Assembly: GCA_963733195.1 (NCBI GenBank)
Contig: CAVTCR010000071.1
Coordinates: 32,001-96,000, forward strand
Length of the DNA stretch: 64,000 bases
Reading direction: 5' to 3'
Origin: an uncultured delta proteobacterium
GTDB lineage: Bacteria > Desulfobacterota > Binatia > Bin18
Shown here: positions 53,681-64,000 of the stretch, one piece after another
Layout of the letters: each line of letters opens with the position of its first letter
Numbering within the stretch: the stretch's first letter is position 1
Program-made: the position numbers and the translations under genes
The notes under the pieces: generated by a model
Seen by the model: only the letters and a program-made list of their open reading frames with translations
Told to the model about the DNA's origin: nothing
Database searches by the model: none

Positions 53681-54919
53681 ATGCGACCGAACATACTCTT
53701 TCTGCTTATCGATTGTTTACGAGCTGACGCGATCGTAGGCCCAGACCGCGGCGCACGGACACCGACGCTGGATCGGCTCGTCCGTAACGGTGTCGCGTGT
53801 ACGCAAGCCGTGTCTTCCGCCTCCTCAACGACTCAGTGTGTCGCGAGTTTGCTGACCGGCACCTATTCGTTTGTCCACGGTATTCGTTCAATCTTCGGCC
53901 TGAAAATGAATGCTGCGGTCTCTTCGTTGGCGGAAACTTTTCAGGCGCACGGCTATCAGACCATCGCCGAAGTCAGTGGTCCGCTGTTCCCCGAAACCGG
54001 CTTACCTCGTGGGTTTGATACCTATCACTTTCGTGAAGGCTCGGCATATCTATCCACGGCCTGGGGAGCCGACTTCCGCCGCCGGGTGCAGAGTCCAGAA
54101 TTTCGTCAACCCTGGTTCCTTTTTCTTCACTTATGGGAGTTGCATCACCATCGTCATATCTTACCGGCATACAGCAACCGAGAGTATGGTAGGAATCGCT
54201 ACGAACGTGCCCTCTCTTCTCTCGACGCCGAACTCGCCACGCTTCTTGCCGTTGTCCCGCAGAATACACTGATTGTGATTCATGGCGATCACGGAGAACG
54301 CGTCATCAAGACCGACTTGCAATACCGCCTCTATCGCTTGTCGCGCGATCTGCTCGGGCACAAGACCATGAAACGCGAGGGGCACGAGATGGATGCGTCC
54401 GAGGAACTCATCCGTGTACCGTTAGTATTCACCTCTGTAGACGGGCAAGGACATCCACAGGTACGTCCTGGAGCACGAGTCGATCAACTCGTGCGGCAAA
54501 TCGACGCACTCCCAACGCTTCTTGATCTCGTCGGCGCTCCACTACCGGCCAATATTCACGGACAGAGCTTGCTGCCTGCTCTGCAAAACAACGTCCCTTT
54601 AGCGATAGAAGCCTACCTCGAAGCCTTTCTCCGCATCCGCTCTGATCCTCGCAATCGGCGAGTAGGATGGCGAACTGAAGAATGGAAGTACATTTATGCT
54701 CCGCAGAATTCCAGTTTGCCACAGGAATTGTATTACCTTCCGTCCGACCCGCAGGAGCGGCGCAATGTTGCAACCCAACGACCTGAAGTTGTTGCTTTGC
54801 TTCGTCAACGTATTGAATCGATTCAGCAAGGGCCAATTGCCGCCAATCCTGGGCAAGTGATGAGCCCAGAGGAACAGGCACAGCTTGAAAAACGGTTGGT
54901 TGAGTTGGGGTACATGTGA
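53681..54919 (+). CDS. Sulfatase/alkaline phosphatase superfamily protein
   Basis: IDCLRAD, ASLLTG, GDHGE, RVPL, DPQE, L.ELGY. Confidence 0.82.
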   Translation: MRPNILFLLIDCLRADAIVGPDRGARTPTLDRLVRNGVACTQAVSSASSTTQCVASLLTGTYSFVHGIRSIFGLKMNAAVSSLAETFQAHGYQTIAEVSGPLFPETGLPRGFDTYHFREGSAYLSTAWGADFRRRVQSPEFRQPWFLFLHLWELHHHRHILPAYSNREYGRNRYERALSSLDAELATLLAVVPQNTLIVIHGDHGERVIKTDLQYRLYRLSRDLLGHKTMKREGHEMDASEELIRVPLVFTSVDGQGHPQVRPGARVDQLVRQIDALPTLLDLVGAPLPANIHGQSLLPALQNNVPLAIEAYLEAFLRIRSDPRNRRVGWRTEEWKYIYAPQNSSLPQELYYLPSDPQERRNVATQRPEVVALLRQRIESIQQGPIAANPGQVMSPEEQAQLEKRLVELGYM

Positions 54920-55213
54920 ACACGGGACCATAGGGAACGGGCGAAAAGGGCAATGGGTAAATGGGGAAAAGGATAAAGGAAAAGAAAAGAGGCTGACGGC
55001 TAAAGGGAAGAGTAAGACGTATAGGATATGGCAGTACGCAACACCGAAAACTCCGGTGCCACGATGAGGTGCTTGGTGCTTTTTTCTTTCTCATCTTGCC
55101 CCTTCGACGAAGCTCAGGACAGGCTTTTGTCTTACGGCTCTGTTTCTCTGTCTCTTCTTCCCATTTCGCCATTTCACCTTTCCGCCCATTCTCTGTAGTC
55201 TGGCGTCTATTTT

Positions 55214-56826
55214 ATGTCATCTCTTTCTGTCATCTTCTGCGATCCTGAACGACGAGAGGTTCTCGATCTCCTGTCTCGCCCTTCCCTTTCGCATGCAGAT
55301 AGTCGCGTGCTCAAGAACGGGCGTGGTATCGTAGTTACTCTCTTCCCTTCGGACCAAGGTGCGTTCGTTGTCAAACATCATCGGCTGCATACCTGGCGGC
55401 GTTGGGGAGATAGCATGATTCTTGGCTCTCCGGCGCGACGGGCGTGGCAGGGAGCGCAACTCCTCCAAGCCGCAGGCGTCGCGACTCCCCGTCCTCTTGC
55501 TGTGGTAGAGAGACGCGTCGCAGGCATGGTTCGCGAAAGCTTCTATGTGAGCGAAGCACTCCTCACACAAGTGCCACTCAACGTCTACTGGCGAGAACGA
55601 CAATCACGGTGGTCCTGGAAGCGGCGCCGCGCGTTCCTTCGGGTCCTGGCTGAATTTTTTCGCACGCTCCATGCTGCGGGCCTCTACGTCGGCGACCTCA
55701 AAGATGAGAACCTTTTCGTTGAAGAACAGGGAGATCTTCACTGGAAGTTCTATATCGTGGATCTAGATCGCGTCACTCAACACCAATCTTTACATCAGCA
55801 GCGTCGCTTTAAGAACTTGACCCAACTAGAACGAACGTTAGGACGGAATGCTCGAGCCAGTGAACGGCTGTTCTTCTTTTACCACTACTTGGGTACCCCA
55901 TTGCCGCCACGGGCACAACGTCGCGACCTCGTCACGCAGCTCTTGCAGTTACGCAAGCAGAAAGACCGAGAGTATGCCCGACGGCGCGTGCGTCACAGTC
56001 GGGATTTAGTCACAACCCCGACCCCGATATTCTCTCCTCCTGTGCCCCTCTCTCCCCCGTCGGTACCTGAACGTCCACCCATTTCGTGCTGCATTATTTG
56101 TTTCAACGAAGAGGCGAATATCCGCCGCTGTCTCGAGAGTGTGAAGTGGTGTGACGAGATTATTATTGTTGATTCGTTTTCGACGGACCGGACAGTGGAG
56201 ATTTGTCGCGAATATACCGATCGGATCATCTCACGAGCGTGGCCAGGGTATGTTGAACAGAAACGGTTCGCGTTGTCGCAAGCGACTCATGAGTGGGTCC
56301 TCAATGTTGATGCTGATGAAGAAGTGTCGCCGGAGTTACGGCATGAAATCCGTGTCGTATTGGAGCAGAATCACCCGGCGGTTGATGGCTTTTATGTCCC
56401 GCGCTTAGTGTATTATTTGGGTCGTTGGTGGTGGCGTGGCTGGTATCCTGGTTATCGATTGCGGTTGTTCCGTAAAGCCAAAGTGCGATGGGGCGGTGTC
56501 GATCCCCATGAGAAAGTCCTGCTCCGTGGACAGGCAGACCGACTGCACGGGGCATTGTATCATTACACCTATGATGACATCAGCGACCATCTGCGTGCGA
56601 TTAACGGTCTCACAGAAGTGTCTTCACGCGAATTGGCTCTGCGCGACAAACGTACGCGCCCCACAGATCTGTTGCTTCGCCCGTTATGGCGATTTTTGCG
56701 TTTCTATGTGGTAAGTGGCGGATTTCGTGACGGCGTACCAGGATTTTTTGTTGCGGTCACATCAGCATTTTACGTATTCCTCAAATACGCCAAGTTGTGG
56801 GAACGGACGACAAGGTCGCATACTGA
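55214..56826 (+). CDS. LPS kinase (InaA/WaaP-like) fused to a WaaE/LgtF-type GT2; 3' end probably frameshifted
   Basis: GDLKDENL, VDLD, Pro-rich linker, then CFNEEANI, VDSFSTD, VDADE, PHE; TGATG overlap with the next gene at 56824-56828. Confidence 0.82.
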
Positions 56827-57929
56827 TGCAGAAGCTCAACATTCTTCACATCGATCCGGAGAGGAATTGGGGAGGGGGAGAAGTGCAGGTACTGGGGTTG
56901 ACCACTTACCTGAGCCACACCGGCCATCGCTCGGTAGTCGCCAGTGATCCTCGCGGCGTCCTTTCGCATCGACTCACCCAAGCTGATCTGCCCACTGCGG
57001 TTCTCACTGTGAGGAATGATCTTGATATCCTCGCTGGGGTGCGTTTACGTCGCTTCGTCCGGACAGAAGGCTCCCAGGTTGTGCATTTTCATACCGCACG
57101 TGCGCATGCCCTGAGCCCGTGGCTGCATGGACTCCGAGTGAAGCGGGTTGTCACCCGCCGTATGGATTACCGTGTGCGACCAGGACTCATTACACATATC
57201 CTCTATAATAAGAGTGTTGATGCTGTCGTGGCTATTTCACAAGGAGTGCAATCCGCTCTCCAGACGGGAGGAGTTTCCTCATCTCGCATTCATATAATCC
57301 CAAGCGGGATTGATACCACTCGTTTTGCCATCACGGCAGACCAGCGCGCGCAACAGCGTGCCGCGCAACGGATTGCCTCTAATGAGATCGTTGTACTAGC
57401 AGTCGGCGCCTTGGCTGAGCGCAAGGGACATCACACGCTTCTTCAGGCCGCGGCTTTCTTACAACAAAAAGGCATACAGCTACGTTATCTCATCTGTGGA
57501 GACGGCCTGCTTCGTACAACGTTAGAAAGTGAGACCCAGACACTCGGCCTCGCGGAGAACGTCCAGTTTCTTGGGTTTTGTTCGGACATCGTTAACTATC
57601 TCGCAGTCGCCGACGTGGTCGTGCATGTTCCCTTATGGGAAGGTCTTGGCGTGGCAGTTATTGAAGCCCTGGCAGCAGGCTTACCGGTAGTCGCAAGCCG
57701 CGTCGGTGGTATTCCGGAGCTTATTGACAATGAACGATCTGGACTGCTTGTTCCCCCGCAGGAGCCGACAGCACTGGCGGCTGCGATCGAACGCGTGGTT
57801 CACAATCTTCCTTGGGCCAAGACATTAGGAATACATGGTCAATCCTTTGTCCGCTCACGCTACGATGTGACGGTCATGGCGCAAGCCAACGAAGCATTGT
57901 ATTACAAACTGCTGGTGAAAGACTTGTAG
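56826..57929 (+). CDS. Glycosyltransferase family 4
   Basis: WGGGE, RKGH, EGLGVAVIEA, VGGIPE. Confidence 0.9.
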   Translation: MQKLNILHIDPERNWGGGEVQVLGLTTYLSHTGHRSVVASDPRGVLSHRLTQADLPTAVLTVRNDLDILAGVRLRRFVRTEGSQVVHFHTARAHALSPWLHGLRVKRVVTRRMDYRVRPGLITHILYNKSVDAVVAISQGVQSALQTGGVSSSRIHIIPSGIDTTRFAITADQRAQQRAAQRIASNEIVVLAVGALAERKGHHTLLQAAAFLQQKGIQLRYLICGDGLLRTTLESETQTLGLAENVQFLGFCSDIVNYLAVADVVVHVPLWEGLGVAVIEALAAGLPVVASRVGGIPELIDNERSGLLVPPQEPTALAAAIERVVHNLPWAKTLGIHGQSFVRSRYDVTVMAQANEALYYKLLVKDL

Positions 57930-57972
57930 GGACGCGACATGCCGCATCCCTACACATACGCTACCCATAGAC

Positions 57973-58986
57973 ATGAGTCGCACACCTACCCGTCGCCGTT
58001 CAGCATCCCAAGCCGGAAAACTGTCCACGTTTCTCCGGCGGTTCGCCCAAGTTCGTGTCCTTGTCATCGGCGATTTGATGCTTGATCGATACATTTGGGG
58101 AAAAGTCGACCGCATTTCTCCTGAAGCGCCGGTGCCGGTAGTGTGCGTCACGCGGGAAAGTTTACATGCTGGAGGTGCTGGCAATGTAGTCGCTAACATT
58201 CGCGCCCTCGGTGGCAGCGTGGTCGCCTGTGGAGCGGTGGGAAAAGACCAAACCGGGCAGCGCCTCCGGCGTGAACTCACCGCGCTCGGTGCTGGAATAC
58301 AAGGAGTCATCACGAGCAGTAGTACGGTTACGACCAGCAAGACTCGGATTATTGCTCATAGCCAGCAAGTCGTGCGGCTCGATCACGAAGAAAGCGACAT
58401 CCTCAATACACGTGTGCGGTCACAACTGCGGCGCTTTGTTCAACACCACATCGCCGACTTTCACGTGTTAGTGATTTCGGATTATGGTAAAGGCGTCGTC
58501 GATGCCGAGTTTCTTTCCCTGCTGTCCAAGCTTCGTGAACAGCATGGATTTGTGTACTTGATCGATCCAAAACGACGAAATTTTGCTCATTATCGTGGAG
58601 CGACACTTGTCAAACCCAACCGTGAAGAAGCGGGGATAGCGGCAGGAATAGAGATCCGCAACGAGCGTGACCTAAGCCAGGCTGGCACACACCTCCTCCA
58701 GTTCTGGCAAACCGAAGCGGTTCTTGTCTCACGTAGTGAGGAAGGTATGAGTTTATTTAAGCATCACGGAGCACCGCAGCATTTTCTCACCACAACCCGT
58801 GAAGTCTATGATGTCACCGGAGCCGGAGATACTGTGCTCGCCACCTGTGCACTGGCCTTAGGAGCTGGTGCAACCTTGGAAGAGGCGACAATCCTCGCTA
58901 ACCACGCTGCCGGAGTCGTGGTTGGCAAAGTTGGCACGGCAACGGTCAGTCCAGAAGAACTACAAGCCGCGCTACAAGAGGATTAA
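57973..58986 (+). CDS. rfaE1: Heptose-7-phosphate kinase (RfaE domain I/HldA)
   Basis: GDLMLD, RISPEAPVPV, SDYGKG, DVTGAGDT. Confidence 0.92.
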   Translation: MSRTPTRRRSASQAGKLSTFLRRFAQVRVLVIGDLMLDRYIWGKVDRISPEAPVPVVCVTRESLHAGGAGNVVANIRALGGSVVACGAVGKDQTGQRLRRELTALGAGIQGVITSSSTVTTSKTRIIAHSQQVVRLDHEESDILNTRVRSQLRRFVQHHIADFHVLVISDYGKGVVDAEFLSLLSKLREQHGFVYLIDPKRRNFAHYRGATLVKPNREEAGIAAGIEIRNERDLSQAGTHLLQFWQTEAVLVSRSEEGMSLFKHHGAPQHFLTTTREVYDVTGAGDTVLATCALALGAGATLEEATILANHAAGVVVGKVGTATVSPEELQAALQED

Positions 58987-58988
58987 GC

Positions 58989-59876
58989 ATGCGAAGTATG
59001 ACTGGATACGGTAACGGGTCAGCGACGTTCTCTGGTGGTCGGGTTACAGTCGAATTACGAGCCGTGAATCATCGCTTTCTCGAATTGAAAATGCCTTTAC
59101 CTCGGGAGCTGCTCCCCTATGAGCAAGAGTTCAGGACGATGATTGAAGCCCGCATCAAACGGGGCAAGCTTGATATGTTATTCACCAGTTCAGGGAAACC
59201 GCTGCGAACCTACACTGTCCAGCCTAATCTTCCCCTTGCGCGTGCCTATCATGACGCGGTGCTACGGGTGCAGCGTGAAGTTGGGGTGAAAGGCGCGCTT
59301 GATCTTTCCTTTCTCTCTGCTCACCCAGAGCTATTTCAGGTCCAAGAACAGCAAGCGACGATCGAACCACAAGCTGAGGCGACAAAGAAAGCCTTGACGG
59401 CAGCCCTTACTGCGCTCGAACGCCAACGCACTCGCGAGGGGAAGTTTCTCCAACGTGAACTGCAGACTCGTGTGACTATGCTCGACCAGATACGGCGTAA
59501 AATAAAAGCCCGCAGCAGCATCGTGTACGAGAACACCCGCGAACGTCTCAAAGATCGCGTCAACAACCTATTGCAAGGGCTACTTCAGGGAGTCGAAATC
59601 GATCAAAGTCGGCTCTTACAGGAAGCCGCCACTCTCGCCCAGCGAGGTGATATTACCGAAGAACTCGTACGCCTGCAGGGCCATCTTGAGGCATTGAGTG
59701 GCCATTGCCGCTCGGCAGAACCAGTGGGGAAGCGCATCGATTTTCTCCTGCAAGAGGTACAGCGCGAAGTCAACACCATTGGTTCTAAGGCCGATGATGT
59801 TGAAGTACGCCATCTTGTTGTTGCTGCCAAGGAGGAGGTAGAAAAATTACGGGAACAAGTGCAAAATGTAGAGTAA
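58989..59876 (+). CDS. yicC: YicC/YloC family endoribonuclease
   Basis: MRSMTGYG, VNHRFLE, DITEEL, REVNTIGSK, REQVQNVE. Confidence 0.93.
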   Translation: MRSMTGYGNGSATFSGGRVTVELRAVNHRFLELKMPLPRELLPYEQEFRTMIEARIKRGKLDMLFTSSGKPLRTYTVQPNLPLARAYHDAVLRVQREVGVKGALDLSFLSAHPELFQVQEQQATIEPQAEATKKALTAALTALERQRTREGKFLQRELQTRVTMLDQIRRKIKARSSIVYENTRERLKDRVNNLLQGLLQGVEIDQSRLLQEAATLAQRGDITEELVRLQGHLEALSGHCRSAEPVGKRIDFLLQEVQREVNTIGSKADDVEVRHLVVAAKEEVEKLREQVQNVE

Positions 59877-59879
59877 TTT

Positions 59880-60511
59880 ATGTCAGACGAGCCCGACAAA
59901 CCTTTTGTTCTTTCTCGCCAGGGGATTTTGTTTTTTCTCTCCGCGCCCTCAGGGGCCGGTAAAACGACCCTCTCTGCACCAGCTGTTACGACAGGTGCAG
60001 AACCTACGTCCGTCGATTTCGTACACCACGCGCCACCCACGCGCCGGTGAAATGGATGGACGTGAGTATCATTTCGTCAGTGAAGCCGAATTCTTGTCGT
60101 CTCCAAAAACAGAAGGCTTTCGCAGAATGGGCACGCGTGCATGACTTCTTTTACGGAACCGCACGGGCACCACTCGAAGAAGCACTTACACAAGGTTCCG
60201 ACCTCCTCCTTGATATTGATGTCCAGGGCGTTAAACAGTTGAAACCGCAGTATCCCACGGCTTCGGTTGCCATCTTTCTATTGCCGCCCTCGTGGCACGA
60301 ACTCGAACGTCGCTTGCGAGGCCGCGGGACTGACACCACTGAAGTTATTGCACGCCGCCTCCAGCGCGCACGCGAGGAAGCACGTGAGTTACCGATGTAC
60401 GACTACTGTATTGTCAATGATCAGATCGAAAGTGCCGTTGCGACGTTGCAGGCCATCGTTATTGCTGAACGCACCCGGGTTGCACGACTGCACGAAAGGA
60501 CGATTGCATGA
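59880..60511 (+). CDS. gmk: Guanylate kinase, frameshifted
   Basis: SAPSGAGKT, SYTTRHPRAGE, YGT, DIDVQG, PPS. Confidence 0.9.
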
Positions 60512-62655
60512 CCCTTGGTGAACTGGTCGATAAAATCCGCGCGTATCATCCCGATGCCGATACTGGAATGATCGGGCAAGCCTATACGTTTTCTGAGCGC
60601 ATGCACCAAGGGCAAAAACGGCTCTCAGGAGATCCGTATTTTGTTCACCCGGTTGGTGTTGCCAGTATCATTGCCGATATGAAACTCGACGTACCAAGTG
60701 TTATCACCGGACTCTTACACGATACGGTTGAGGACACACTGACCACATTGGAGCAAGTCGAGAAAGACTTCGGGACCGAAGTCTCCTCCCTTGTTGATGG
60801 CGTCACCAAGATCAGTCAAATCAATTTCACCACACGAGAAGAGCGTCAGGCCGAGAACTTTCGTAAGATGATCATCGCCATGGCACACGACATTCGTGTG
60901 ATCCTGGTAAAGCTCGCAGACCGTGCGCACAACATGCGGACACTGTCGTATCTGCCGGAAGACAAACAGCGAGAGATTTCGCAAGAAACCCTTGATATTT
61001 ACGCTCCGCTCGCCCACCGGCTCGGTATCAATTGGCTCAAGAGTGACCTCGAAGACAACGCCTTGCGCTACCTCCATCCCGGAGTGTACGGGCAAATGAA
61101 GCAAGACGTTGCCAAGAAGAAAGCTGAACGAGAAAGCTATATCACCGAAGTCATTACCATCTTGCAGCAAAAACTGACCGAGGCTGGTATCACAGCAGAG
61201 GTCTATGGTCGCCCAAAACACTTCTATTCCATCTATCAGAAAATGCAGGCGCAGAATCTGTTGTTCAGTGAAATTTACGATCTCGTCGGCTTTCGCATCA
61301 TCGTCAAGGAAGTCCGTGAATGCTACGAAGCGTTGGGGATCGTGCATAGCCACTGGCGACCAGTACCAGGCCGCTTCAAAGATTACATCGCGTTACCAAA
61401 AGAAAACATGTACCAATCGCTCCATACCACGGTCATCGGTCCCTACGGGGAACGGATTGAGGTACAGATTCGCACTCAAGAAATGCATCGCGTCGCTGAA
61501 CAAGGGATTGCCGCTCATTGGACTTACAAAGAAGGTCGCCGCGGGTTAGAGGAATCACAACGGTTTACCTGGTTACGCCAACTCGTCGAGTGGCAGCAGC
61601 AACTCAAAGACCCGCAAGAGTTTCTCCAAACCGTCAAAGGCGACTTATTTACCGAAGAAGTCTACGTCTTCACTCCCAAAGGGGATTTATACAACTTCCC
61701 CCAAGGCGCGTCGGTGATTGATTTTGCCTACCGTATTCACTCAGAAGTGGGGAATCATTGCGCCGGAGCGCGAGCGAACGGACGCATGGTTCCGCTGCGG
61801 TACAAGTTGCAGAATGGCGATACGATCGAAGTCATTACCAATACACAGCAGACACCCAATAAGGATTGGCTGCGGTTCGTGAAGACCGCCAAGGCGCAAG
61901 CACGCATCCGTCAGTGGGTCAAAGCCCAGGAACATGAACGCAGCGTCGTTGTGGGTCGCGAGTTAATCGAACGTGAGCTGTCGCGCTATCGCCTTGACCT
62001 TGCCACCTTACGCAAGCAAGACAAGCTTGCTGCCGCCCTCAAAACCTTAAGTTTCAAGGATGAAGAAACCTTACTCGCAGCGGTAGGCTATGGGCAAGTC
62101 ACAGTTGGGCACGTCGTGTCGCAACTTGTCCCACAACCCGAGGTTGTCCAAGGGCAAGCCGCCGATACCGTCGAGTTAGAAAAGATCCGCCAGAAACCTG
62201 CGGCCCGCGAAGATCGTGGGGGTGTCCTAGTGGGTGGTGTCGGTGACGTACTGGTACGCTTTGGTCAGTGTTGTCATCCGTTGCCTGGGGATCGCATCTT
62301 AGGCGTCATCACCCGTGGCAAAGGAGTCACCGTCCATAACTTTGAGTGCCAACGACTCTTAGCGGTAGACCCGCAACGGCATATCCAGGTCAGTTGGGAT
62401 ACAAATACTGGATTCCTCCATCCAGTCAAAGTCGAGGTCTTGAGCGAAGATCGTCACGGCCTGTTAGCCGCGATGAGTAAAGCGATCAGCGAAACCGGCG
62501 TCAATATCGCCAACGCTGATGTTCGCACCTTGCCTGATCAACGAGCACTCAACGTCTTCGAGGTGATGGTTGCCAATGCCGCGTCACTCGATCAAGTGAT
62601 GCGCAATCTCAGTGCGATACGCGGGGTCGTCAAAGTTGATCGGGTGAGGAAATAA
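60508..62655 (+). CDS. Bifunctional (p)ppGpp synthetase/hydrolase, RelA/SpoT family
   Basis: LLHDTVED hydrolase, KLADR, YQSLHT, EVQIRT, TGS and ACT domains. Confidence 0.95.
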   Translation: MTLGELVDKIRAYHPDADTGMIGQAYTFSERMHQGQKRLSGDPYFVHPVGVASIIADMKLDVPSVITGLLHDTVEDTLTTLEQVEKDFGTEVSSLVDGVTKISQINFTTREERQAENFRKMIIAMAHDIRVILVKLADRAHNMRTLSYLPEDKQREISQETLDIYAPLAHRLGINWLKSDLEDNALRYLHPGVYGQMKQDVAKKKAERESYITEVITILQQKLTEAGITAEVYGRPKHFYSIYQKMQAQNLLFSEIYDLVGFRIIVKEVRECYEALGIVHSHWRPVPGRFKDYIALPKENMYQSLHTTVIGPYGERIEVQIRTQEMHRVAEQGIAAHWTYKEGRRGLEESQRFTWLRQLVEWQQQLKDPQEFLQTVKGDLFTEEVYVFTPKGDLYNFPQGASVIDFAYRIHSEVGNHCAGARANGRMVPLRYKLQNGDTIEVITNTQQTPNKDWLRFVKTAKAQARIRQWVKAQEHERSVVVGRELIERELSRYRLDLATLRKQDKLAAALKTLSFKDEETLLAAVGYGQVTVGHVVSQLVPQPEVVQGQAADTVELEKIRQKPAAREDRGGVLVGGVGDVLVRFGQCCHPLPGDRILGVITRGKGVTVHNFECQRLLAVDPQRHIQVSWDTNTGFLHPVKVEVLSEDRHGLLAAMSKAISETGVNIANADVRTLPDQRALNVFEVMVANAASLDQVMRNLSAIRGVVKVDRVRK

Positions 62656-62775
62656 CAGGACTGAGGGCTGAGGGCCGAGTGACGAGTGATACGTAAAACG
62701 TAATCCGTAAGACCTTAAACTTTGTAACTTTTTGAGACTTGATCCTCAGTCCTCGTTACTCATTACTCCTTACGG

Positions 62776-62967
62776 TTAAGCCGCTTTCTGAATCCGCCCG
62801 GAGCGGATGCAACTCGTACACACGCGAACGCGTTTCGTACCATCGTCAGTTTTGACCTTCACGCGTTGCAAGTTTGGCATCCACCGACGTTTTGTCCTAT
62901 TGTTGGCATGACTGACATTATTCCCAACTGAAGGGTGTTTCCCACAGACCGTACACATCCAAGCCAT
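62776..62967 (-). CDS. rpmB: 50S ribosomal protein L28
   Basis: CTVCGK...[20 protein letters not shown]...VCTSC. Confidence 0.95.
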   Translation of the reverse strand: MAWMCTVCGKHPSVGNNVSHANNRTKRRWMPNLQRVKVKTDDGTKRVRVCTSCIRSGRIQKAA

Positions 62968-63089
62968 CGTGCTGTCCTCCTCAATGGAGCCATTGTTGTT
63001 AACATACGCCCTCTAGTGCCGCAAGGCGTGTACAGCATCGGACTCTGCTTCTCCTAAAGACAAGAATTGCTCAGAATTCATACAATCGA

Positions 63090-64000
63090 AGCTGTCTCAA
63101 AACTCACTTTGATCAGGAAAATAGGGCCTTAAGATAGTGCTGGACGAAAAAGACTCGCATAAAAGCCCGATACGCTTTCTGCCCATGTTCCAACATACGG
63201 TCCAAACGCCGGCGATTGTTGAGCCAACTGAACGTCCGTTCCACTTGCCAGCGTTGGCGACAATACCGCCCGTGATGCCGATCTTTGGGAGGACGGCCAC
63301 GAGGAACCGTAACATGATTTTTGCGATAAGGCGCGAGGGGAATAATCCGACGTTGCCGCAAGGCGCGGCGGTGCGCCTCACTATCGTATCCTGTGTCCAG
63401 ACCCAAGCGTTTAGGTTTGCGTTTGCGTTTGCCGATGCGAATGCCATCAATCGTCTCCCACAGTTTGATCAGATCATTACGGTTGGCAGTACTGAGCGTG
63501 CAGTTGAGCGGATGGCCAGTGGCGTCGCTGACCAGAGGGCGTTTCAGCCCATTAATTCGGTGTTTTCCCGCGTATCCGACTTCTTTTTTTGCCCCTTTCT
63601 CGATTTCACGACACTGGCATCATGATAACAATTCTTGAGATTCAGCCGCCCTCGACGATCAGCTTCTTTCCTCAACTCGGCCACCATGCGTTGCCAGACC
63701 CGACGCCGTTGGTACTCCAACACCCGCCGGTTACACGTCTTGGGGGAGGCACGAATATCGTGCGGCATATCTTCCCAACGACACCCGGTGGGCAAGACAT
63801 ACAAGATCCCATTCCCCACCTCTCGTTCATCGGCACGGGGCCGACCGGTCCGCGCAGGACGTGGGATGAGCCGTTGGAGATAGTGCCATTGACCATCGGT
63901 CAGATCGGACTGATACGGTTTGCGTGGCATGTCCGCTAGCGTAGCGCAGCACGAATTTCGTCAGCAACTGCCCTTTTACCACTATGAAAATCACACTTTC
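63090..64000 (-). mobile_element. IS5-family insertion sequence; two-ORF transposase 63113..63930; far end probably outside the window
   Basis: YQSDLTDGQW, GCRWEDMP; DTGYD, RWQVERTFSW; slippery AAAGGGGCAAAAAAAG at the ORF junction; candidate end GAAGCTGTCTCAAAA near 63090. Confidence 0.85.

Noticed and set aside
63137-63625. 162-aa plus-strand ORF
   Set aside because: Antisense shadow of the IS5 transposase
1-64000. CRISPR array, tRNA or rRNA genes
   Set aside because: No regularly spaced direct repeats with unique spacers, and no recognisable cloverleaf or rRNA sequence by eye

Overview
Bacterial chromosomal window (about 53% GC by eye). The gene content (F420-dependent LLM, VOC and epoxide hydrolase genes, PEP-CTERM, deltaproteobacterial-style LPS operon) suggests a Deltaproteobacteria/Binatia-like organism, which is inference. 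Many single-base frameshifts, even in essential genes (gmk, citrate synthase), point to an unpolished long-read assembly. Layout: (1) 1-11.6 kb signalling island with two PAS histidine kinases, a NarL-type regulator and a complete partner-switching triad (REC-PP2C phosphatase, REC-RsbW-like kinase, STAS protein) but no sigma factor; (2) 11.8-25.3 kb Wzy-type exopolysaccharide locus headed by three tandem phosphoglycosyl-transferase (PGT) domains, two lacking the catalytic Asp-Glu dyad and fused to other domains; (3) 25.6-41.4 kb metabolic and housekeeping genes including fabI, citrate synthase, hemW, lexA, amrB and a PEP-CTERM gene; (4) 41.8-59 kb lipid A/LPS core operon; (5) yicC-gmk-rel, rpmB and an IS5-family element at the right edge. 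Intergenic DNA carries REP-like palindromes and mirror-image heptamer tandem repeats. No rRNA, tRNA or CRISPR array was seen. The best candidate for an undescribed system is the partner-switch-controlled EPS locus with pseudo-PGT fusion proteins and a 15-bp motif shared by the two promoter regions.
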